Shown piece by piece: positions 57,993 to 64,000 of a DNA stretch of 64,000 bases. The DNA is from a virus. Its lineage: Duplodnaviria > Caudoviricetes. Location: positions 15,728-79,727 of IMG/VR virus record IMGVR_UViG_2897059268_000002. One strand, written 5' to 3'. The notes below the pieces were generated by a model. The model did no database searches and was not told the DNA's origin. It was given only the letters and a program-made list of their open reading frames with translations. A program made the translations under genes and the position numbers. The first letter of the stretch is position 1; the number at the start of each line of letters is the position of its first letter.

Positions 57993-58916
57993 ATGGCCGC
58001 ACCACTTTCCGCCGACCGGCAGCTCACGGCACTGCGCGAGGAAGGCGCCAAGGTCTCTGAGCGCAGCGGGTGGCGAACCAACAACCGGAACCACAAGGGG
58101 CCCTGGGGCCCGGTCCACGGCGTGATGATCCACCACACCGTGAGCTCCGGCGACGACTCCTCCGTGGCCCTCTGCTACAACGGCCACTCAGCCTTGCCCG
58201 GGCCCCTCTGCCACGGCGTCGGGCGCAACGACGGCACGATCGCGCTCGTCTCGTCGGCGCGCGCGAACCACGCCGGGTCCGGTGACGGGGACGTGCTGCG
58301 CGCCGTGATCAACGAGACCGCCCTACCCACGCCGAACGCGGCGAACACCGACGGCAACCGGCACTTCTACGGGCTGGAGATCGTCAACCTCGGCGACAAC
58401 CGCGACACGTACACCCGCGCCCAGTACCGGGCCGCGGTCCTGTGGGCAGCTGCACTGTGCCGGGCGCACGGCTGGTCCGAGCGCTCCGTGGTCGGCCACC
58501 TGGAGTGGCAGCCCGGGAAGATCGACCCCCGCGGCCCGATCGAGGGCGGCGGGTCTTTCTCGATGACGCAGTTCCGGGCAGACGTCCGCGACCAGCTGGC
58601 CCGCCAGCCGGGCAGCCCCGCACCGTCGAAACCCGCCCCTATCACCCCGCCGAAGGAAACCGAGGACACGATGACCTCTGCCCAGGAAGCCCTGCTCAAG
58701 AAGATCGCAGGCGACGTCGAAACCCTGAAGGCCGCCGCGAAGGTCGACGGGTGGGGCTACCGCAACGCCGCCCTCGTCGCCGAGGCCAAGGCCACCGGCG
58801 CCCCGCCCCCGCCCGACATGCACGGCCGGATCGAGGAACTCCAGGCCAACAACACGAAGATCCTCGCCATCCTCGACGAGCTCACCGCAGCCGTCGCCGC
58901 CCTGAAGAAGTCCTGA
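57993..58916 (+). CDS. Endolysin, N-acetylmuramoyl-L-alanine amidase (Amidase_2)
   Basis: GVMIHHT, ANHAG, YGLEIVN, VGHLEW..KIDP. Confidence 0.92.
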   Translation: MAAPLSADRQLTALREEGAKVSERSGWRTNNRNHKGPWGPVHGVMIHHTVSSGDDSSVALCYNGHSALPGPLCHGVGRNDGTIALVSSARANHAGSGDGDVLRAVINETALPTPNAANTDGNRHFYGLEIVNLGDNRDTYTRAQYRAAVLWAAALCRAHGWSERSVVGHLEWQPGKIDPRGPIEGGGSFSMTQFRADVRDQLARQPGSPAPSKPAPITPPKETEDTMTSAQEALLKKIAGDVETLKAAAKVDGWGYRNAALVAEAKATGAPPPPDMHGRIEELQANNTKILAILDELTAAVAALKKS

Positions 58917-58918
58917 CC

Positions 58919-59299
58919 ATGCGGATCTTCGGACGCGAGCCCGTCACCATCCTCGCCGCTGTTGCTGTGCTTCTGAAGCTCCTCGCCGGCTACGGCATCC
59001 AGGTGTCCGAGACACAGCAGACCCTCATCAACACGTTCCTCGCCTGCGCTGTCGCCGTCGCCTCCGCCGTCGTCCTCAAGAACGGCGCCCTCTACGCCGC
59101 GCTCCTCCAGCTCTCTTCCGCCGGACTCGCCCTCTTCGTCGGCTTCGGCCTCGACATGACCACCGAGCAGCAGGCCGGGTGGATGGCGCTGGTCTCCGCA
59201 GTCCTCGCGGTGGTGGAACGCGGGGAGGTAACCGCGCCCGTTCCTTCAACCCGACTGGAGGAGACCAGCCCGGTCAAGCCGGTCGCACTGGGCGGGTAG
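58919..59299 (+). CDS. Holin-like membrane protein
   Basis: MRIFGREPV..., four hydrophobic segments, directly after the endolysin. Confidence 0.75.
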   Translation: MRIFGREPVTILAAVAVLLKLLAGYGIQVSETQQTLINTFLACAVAVASAVVLKNGALYAALLQLSSAGLALFVGFGLDMTTEQQAGWMALVSAVLAVVERGEVTAPVPSTRLEETSPVKPVALGG

Positions 59300-59746
59300 G
59301 TGCCCTGCCGTGCAGGCCGCTGGCTGCATCGGAGACTAGGCCGCCGCGGCATCTTCCTGCTGATCGCGGGCGTCGGTAAGACCTGCTGGGGCGTGTCGTT
59401 CCTCGTCGACCCACCCCGCGCCGAAGGCCTGCAGCTCCTGACACAGTGGTGCTCGATACGTCACTGGTCCTGGTTATGGATCATCGCAGGGATCGTCACC
59501 TTCGGGTCCGCGTGGCTCCGTATCGGCCGCGACGGGTGGGGCTTCATCGCCGCACTCATTCCCCCCGCAGTGTGGGCCACCGCCTACACCTCTGCCGCGC
59601 TGAGCGGCGAGTACTCCCGCGGCGGGTTCGTCGCAATCTGGTACCTCACCTCGCACGTCGGGGTCATCTTGTGGGCGGCCACGGTGCCCGAGCATTCGGT
59701 CCCCCCAGCTCCGCGGCGCGCCAGGAAAGGTAAGGCGCCGTCGTGA
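59300..59746 (+). CDS. Lysis-cassette membrane protein (about 4 TM)
   Basis: LGRRGIFLL..., Trp-rich TM segments. Confidence 0.7.
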   Translation: MPCRAGRWLHRRLGRRGIFLLIAGVGKTCWGVSFLVDPPRAEGLQLLTQWCSIRHWSWLWIIAGIVTFGSAWLRIGRDGWGFIAALIPPAVWATAYTSAALSGEYSRGGFVAIWYLTSHVGVILWAATVPEHSVPPAPRRARKGKAPS

Positions 59747-60093
59747 ACTTCTGGGTAGCCGTGCTCGGCATGGCAGGGACGGTCCTAGCTGCCGCTTTCG
59801 CGGCGAGGGCGACTCGTGCGGCATCGAGGGCGACATCTGATGCAACACGGGCCGCCGCCCTCGCCCAGGCCGAGCCCAACCAAAGGGCCGCCGACCTGGC
59901 CGCGTTCCAGGCAATTCGGGAAGACATGCAGGGCGAGATCACCGAGATGCGTGACGAGACCAGGTCCCTGAAGTCCCTGGTCCGGTCGTTTGCCTGGTAC
60001 GTATCCGAGCTGACAGCGCAGATGCGCAGCCACGGCATTGAGCCACCAGCCCCGCCGGACCGTGTAACTGAGTACAACCGAACTGGAGTCTGA
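59743..60093 (+). CDS. Lysis-cassette TM plus coiled-coil protein
   Basis: N-terminal TM, coiled coil, GIEPPAPP. Confidence 0.7.
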   Translation: MNFWVAVLGMAGTVLAAAFAARATRAASRATSDATRAAALAQAEPNQRAADLAAFQAIREDMQGEITEMRDETRSLKSLVRSFAWYVSELTAQMRSHGIEPPAPPDRVTEYNRTGV

Positions 60094-60095
60094 TC

Positions 60096-60257
60096 ATGCC
60101 GGGTATGACCCCGCAGCCGGCGTACCGTCAGGTCGACGGGAGCGCCGCCGACCTTGGCACGCTCATCGACCTCGGGCTCGCTGGAGAACAGCCTCAGCCG
60201 CCCTACGAGGATCTCTTCCTCGAACCCGACCTACCACCCGTCGACGAACCCGAGTGA
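60096..60257 (+). CDS. Small acidic Pro-rich protein (53 aa)
   Basis: RBS GGAG; ends just before the terminator. Confidence 0.5.
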   Translation: MPGMTPQPAYRQVDGSAADLGTLIDLGLAGEQPQPPYEDLFLEPDLPPVDEPE

Positions 60258-60260
60258 CGC

Positions 60261-60335
60261 GCCCCCTCCTCCGGGAGGGGGCACTTCTTTGTGCCCACGC
60301 AGAAGTGCCCCGCGCCATGCAAGGCCGCGGGGCAC
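60261..60335. terminator. Paired terminators ending the late operon and the convergent gene
   Basis: GCCCCCTCC/GGAGGGGGC followed by TTCTTT; GTGCCCCGCG/CGCGGGGCAC. Confidence 0.7.
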
Positions 60336-60350
60336 TGAGGTAGACGAAGG

Positions 60351-60962
60351 TCAGCTCACGTCGCCGCGGACGCTGTCGCCGATGAGCCCGTCGGTGTACG
60401 TGACGTACCCGGCGTCGAACTTGCCCTTGCCGGTGACGGTCCCGGTGACATTCTCCCCGGGGGCGAGCTTGACCGTGTCGAGCTGGTCTTCGTCGACGCC
60501 GAGTTCGGCGGTGTGCTTGCTGCCGTCGGTGTCGGTGATCGTCACGTACAGCGGGTTGATGTCGATGTCGCTCTTGCTGTTGTTCGTGATGGTGACCTGG
60601 ACGCTCGTGTAGTCGTCGCCCTGGGCGAGGATCGACTTCTTGAAGTCGACCTGCTTGGCGGTGACGGCGACCGGGGCCTTCTTCTCCGGCTGCTCCTTGG
60701 GGGCGTCAGGCTCGGCGTCGTTGTCTTTGCCGGGCTTGGCGTCGCCGGCTGCGGTGGGCTGCTTGCTGGTGCCGGTGTCGGATCCGTCGTCGCCGCCCAT
60801 GGCGACTGCGCCGATGATGCCGATGAGGACGAGCAGGCCAATGATGCCGAGACACCCGAAGCCGATGATCTTCCCGGCGTTGCTTTTCTTCGGCGCCGGG
60901 GGCGGCTGCTGGCCCCATCCGGGCTGCTGCGGGTGGCCGGGCTGAGGCTGCTGGTACGACAT
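60351..60962 (-). CDS. DUF4352-like membrane-anchored exported protein
   Basis: Gln/Pro N-terminus, TM, Ig-like VQVTITNNS...INPLY...LAPGE..TGTV. Confidence 0.75.
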   Translation of the reverse strand: MSYQQPQPGHPQQPGWGQQPPPAPKKSNAGKIIGFGCLGIIGLLVLIGIIGAVAMGGDDGSDTGTSKQPTAAGDAKPGKDNDAEPDAPKEQPEKKAPVAVTAKQVDFKKSILAQGDDYTSVQVTITNNSKSDIDINPLYVTITDTDGSKHTAELGVDEDQLDTVKLAPGENVTGTVTGKGKFDAGYVTYTDGLIGDSVRGDVS

Positions 60963-61069
60963 GTGTCCCCCTACGTGCGGTGCGTGAAGGCCTGACCGTA
61001 GCGAGCCGTTCACGCGTCAGGGAGCAGGATGTTCCGGTGGTGATGCAGTTGTGACCAAATAGCGGGGGA

Positions 61070-61666
61070 CTAGCGGGGAGGGTTCTCGAGCTCCCGCGCT
61101 AGAACCCAGGTTTCGTCGCCACGCCTGCACGTGACGCGAACGCGGATCGGCAGGTGCGTGTACCGGTCCTGCCATCCGTCAGCCACCGGCCCTTCCATCC
61201 AGTGACCAGGGCGGGTGCGCTCGATGGCGAACGGGCGGCCTCTGCCCATCTCGATGGGCAACGCTCCAGTCCTCCGGCCATTCTCGTCTGCTCCGTCAAC
61301 GCCGGGAGCGAAGCGGAAGGGCCCCCAGACGTGAGCGTCCGAATCCTCCTGGGTGACATCGGATGTCGGGTTGAGGACCCGGTGATCCATGTCGTCATTG
61401 ACCATCTCCAGCTGCACCGAAGTCAGGTCGCCGAGACTGTCCGGACCGGCCAGGTGAACCAAGATGTTGCCGCGATCGCCGAACTGCCCTGTAATGGCCA
61501 ACCGGATCTGCGGAGTGAGGTCTTCGCGTCGACGGTCGCGCTCGATGCCAGCCAGAGTTTCCGCTGTTGCCGCCGACCGGCGGGCGGCCCACCAGGCCCC
61601 GCCGGCGGCAAAAGCGCTGAGTGCAGCAGCGGCTGCGCTGATCGTGTCGGTCCACTCGATGCTCAT
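61070..61666 (-). CDS. Hypothetical protein with an N-terminal membrane anchor
   Basis: WTDTISAAAAALSAFAAGGAWWAARRS. Confidence 0.7.
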   Translation of the reverse strand: MSIEWTDTISAAAAALSAFAAGGAWWAARRSAATAETLAGIERDRRREDLTPQIRLAITGQFGDRGNILVHLAGPDSLGDLTSVQLEMVNDDMDHRVLNPTSDVTQEDSDAHVWGPFRFAPGVDGADENGRRTGALPIEMGRGRPFAIERTRPGHWMEGPVADGWQDRYTHLPIRVRVTCRRGDETWVLARELENPPR

Positions 61667-61707
61667 GCGCCGGGACTCTAGCGGCGGCCACTGACAGCGA
61701 GTCTGGG

Positions 61708-62712
61708 CTAGTTTTCCCATGACGGCGGTCGGCGGTGGGCGATCGCCTGAGAGATACGCAAAGCGGCAGCGATCAGGAACCTTTGGCAGTATGCGTATTC
61801 CTCGGCGTTCGGCGAGTAACCGGGAGGGGCGCTGATCCTGGCCTCGCTGTGCTGGTTGGGCCGGTAGACACTGGGGGTGAGCGAGTTGAACCGCCAGTAC
61901 TCGGAGTAGTCGATGCCGAGCGCAGTCAGCCGCGCTCCCCGCTGGAGAGCGACAACGGACTCCCTGAGTGTTACGTATTCCTCTGCGAGGGTGCTGGCCC
62001 CACGAACTGGCATGTGCTGATCGCGTTCTCGCGGCTGACGCAAGATCCTGGCAACATCACGCCGCGGGAGAGGAAACCTGATGTTCGTACCGAAGCTGAA
62101 GGGTGTACCGCTGAAGCTCGTGGGTTCACTCGCGCTCGCGAGGAGTTCATCGAACGCTTCTACAAGCCAGGCCATCGCTTTGACACGGTTCCCTGCCGCC
62201 TCCTGACCTGCGGCCTGCCGAACCTTGTCCCGGGTGTTCGGCTGTGGCACGAGGTCGATCATGTTGATTCCAGTGAAGGCAGTTCCGAAGACGCGAGGGG
62301 TGTTGTCCTCGAAGAACTGGGATGTGTCTGCGCGAGCCTGCCTGACCGTCTCAGCGGAGGGCATGGCTGCGGTGTGCTTGAAGGCGTTGCGTTGGTCCGT
62401 AAGCCGCTTGACGCCGATACGCCCAGCCAGGTCGACTCCGACAGGACCCGCCTTGTCGGGGTGCAGGTTGTCGTAGTAGCGGGCTACGAACTGACCACGG
62501 TCCGGTACGGAGATCCCGAGGTGCTCGCTGGTGAGGATGAGAAAGAACTCAACCGCGTCGTGGAAGGTGAGGATGCTCCCGGCTGACAGCGGGTCCGGGA
62601 GTTGAGACTGGTCCACGCCCTGCTGGACAAGCAGCCTGATGAAGGCGAGGCGCTGCATCGTCTCTGGCGTGATGGGCCGCTGGTTGATGGTGTCCTCCTG
62701 CTGGAACGACAA
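61708..62712 (-). CDS. HEPN-motif protein, candidate defence/abortive-infection RNase
   Basis: ILTFHDAVEFFL...RLTDQRNAFKH (RX4H); lower GC than flanks. Confidence 0.6.
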   Translation of the reverse strand: MSFQQEDTINQRPITPETMQRLAFIRLLVQQGVDQSQLPDPLSAGSILTFHDAVEFFLILTSEHLGISVPDRGQFVARYYDNLHPDKAGPVGVDLAGRIGVKRLTDQRNAFKHTAAMPSAETVRQARADTSQFFEDNTPRVFGTAFTGINMIDLVPQPNTRDKVRQAAGQEAAGNRVKAMAWLVEAFDELLASASEPTSFSGTPFSFGTNIRFPLPRRDVARILRQPRERDQHMPVRGASTLAEEYVTLRESVVALQRGARLTALGIDYSEYWRFNSLTPSVYRPNQHSEARISAPPGYSPNAEEYAYCQRFLIAAALRISQAIAHRRPPSWEN

Positions 62713-62759
62713 GGTGTAGCGGGATGCTAGCCCCCACCTCTGACAGCGAAGGGAGGCGG

Positions 62760-62900
62760 CCAGGCCTGTTCATCAATCGGTCGAGACGTGAATCTGAAGC
62801 CGATCGAGATGCGGAGCGCGTTTCCCGAGAAGCTATCGTTCAGAAACCTGTTCATCTACCCCTTCCGTTCAGATACTCTGAGAACCCGTTAGCTGAAACA
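62760..62900. promoter_or_regulatory. Candidate res site for the serine resolvase
   Basis: AT-richer block with CCTGTTCATC (62765, 62847) and CGTTCAGA (62837, 62866) repeats upstream of the resolvase. Confidence 0.55.
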
Positions 62901-62912
62901 AGGAGGCGGTCT

Positions 62913-63521
62913 ATGGCCCTAGTTGGGCTCGTTCGAGTCAGCACCGACAAGCAGAACACCGAGCGGCAGCACGACGCCCTCGACCCGATCTGCATCAAGG
63001 TCTTCGAGGAGAAGGTCAGCGGCAAGCTCCTAGCCGAGGAACGGCCAGCGCTGATGGAAGCCATCGACTACATGCGCGACGGCGACATGCTCTGCGTACA
63101 GGAGGTGGACCGCTTCGGCAGGAACCTCCTCGAAGGGCTCATCGTCCTCAACGACCTCTTCGAGCGCAGCATCCCCGTCAAGGTGCTGGACGGCATCGCA
63201 GCCGGGGAACACACCGAGCGCTCCCTCATCCTCGACATCGCCCTGGCGCTGGCCGAGGACCGCCGGCGCGACATCGTCAGGAAGACGAAGGACGGACTCG
63301 CCGCGGCCCGTAAGCGTGGGCGAGTCGGAGGTCGGCGCCCCGTCATGACCGAGCCCCTCGTCGTCCAGGCCGTCGCCCTGCGGGACAAGGGCTACAGCCT
63401 CAAGCAGATCCAGCCCCACCTCCGCATCGGCGAGGGCAAGAACAAGGGGAAGAACCCCAGCATCGGGGCCATCTCGCAAGCCCTCCGTGATCACGACGCA
63501 GCGAAGGGTGCCTCTCGGTGA
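62913..63521 (+). CDS. Small serine recombinase (resolvase/invertase family)
   Basis: LVRVSTDKQNTERQ, FEEKVSG, EVDRFGRN, GLAAARKRGRVGGRRP, C-terminal HTH. Confidence 0.95.
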   Translation: MALVGLVRVSTDKQNTERQHDALDPICIKVFEEKVSGKLLAEERPALMEAIDYMRDGDMLCVQEVDRFGRNLLEGLIVLNDLFERSIPVKVLDGIAAGEHTERSLILDIALALAEDRRRDIVRKTKDGLAAARKRGRVGGRRPVMTEPLVVQAVALRDKGYSLKQIQPHLRIGEGKNKGKNPSIGAISQALRDHDAAKGASR

Positions 63522-64000
63522 CCGCCAACCCAGTCTGCTGGTACTGGCCGGTCGGACTTCCCGACGCTTCTATCGTCCAACAGGCCTTCCTCGAGCAGTG
63601 CGAGCGCTCGGGGTGCGATTCTGGGCAGGCGGCAGTCCTCTGGAAACTCGAGTGCGCGGCAGAGGCGCTTGTTGGCGGGGAGTTCGAAGATCTGGCCCGG
63701 TGGCAGGATGGGCGCTGCGCCGTGTGCGGAAAGGTCAGCGACCTTGTCTGTGATCACGACCACGGCACCGGTCTCGTTCGCGGTTGGCTCTGTCGCTCCT
63801 GTAACACTCTGGAGGGCACGAACCTCGAGCCAGACACGATCTTCGCCCGCTATCGGGAGCGTCATCCGGCAGAGATCCTCGGTCTCTCCGTCCGCTATCT
63901 TGACCCAGTCACGGGGGAGTACGCGCAACCTCGAGACGAGTCCCTGGTCGACTGGGCCGGCAAGTGGGCCGATGCCGCATCGGAGGGCATCGGTCTGTGA
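63518..64000 (+). CDS. Recombination endonuclease VII domain protein
   Basis: QDGRCAVC...DHDHGTGLVRGWLCRSCNTLEG. Confidence 0.9.
   Translation: MTANPVCWYWPVGLPDASIVQQAFLEQCERSGCDSGQAAVLWKLECAAEALVGGEFEDLARWQDGRCAVCGKVSDLVCDHDHGTGLVRGWLCRSCNTLEGTNLEPDTIFARYRERHPAEILGLSVRYLDPVTGEYAQPRDESLVDWAGKWADAASEGIGL

Larger units (their letters stand above)
86..64000. mobile_element. Siphovirus-type prophage / phage-plasmid carrying a TraB conjugation module; boundaries lie outside the window
   Basis: Contiguous replication, tra, head, tail, lysis and resolvase modules; no host housekeeping gene recognised. Confidence 0.9.

Noticed and set aside
62913-63521. Serine integrase call
   Set aside because: Only about 200 aa with a C-terminal HTH; it lacks the recombinase and zinc-ribbon domains of large serine integrases.
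1-64000. tRNA, rRNA, reverse transcriptase/DGR, retron, tyrosine integrase, parAB
   Set aside because: No cloverleaf, YxDD RT motif, TR/VR pair, R-H-R-Y integrase or ParA Walker motif was recognised by eye. A tRNAscan/HMM run is needed to exclude them formally.

Overview
High-GC (about 70%) actinobacterial, Streptomyces-like sequence that is essentially all one mobile element, a probable phage-plasmid. In order: (1) a lambda-O/DnaB-type replication module with iterons inside the initiator gene, followed by a PD-(D/E)XK nuclease, a PAPS-reductase-family gene and small phage early genes (86-9141); (2) accessory genes and a 1.1-kb non-coding block with three fixed-geometry CGCAGGTCAG-N28-CTGACCTC units next to a GIY-YIG nuclease (9.2-13.4 kb); (3) a Streptomyces conjugation module with a KorSA-like GntR regulator, excisionase-like HTH, RapZ-C-like, Spd-like and TraA-like genes, FtsK-like TraB, a TGACAC-repeat clt, and a stand-alone paralogue of the TraB DNA-binding wing (13.5-22.8 kb); (4) an IS5 element that moved with a cargo gene using a third terminal repeat and split a membrane-protein gene (23.0-24.8 kb); (5) a repressor/operator switch, morons and a late promoter; (6) an apparently complete siphovirus module with HNH, candidate cos, terminase, portal, capsid, an embedded GT4 glycosyltransferase, tail, tape measure with NlpC/P60 domain and lysis genes (35-60 kb); (7) a HEPN-motif gene and a res site/serine resolvase/endonuclease VII unit at the right end. 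No integrase, CRISPR array, tRNA or rRNA was recognised. All calls are by eye from motifs and synteny; no database searches were run.
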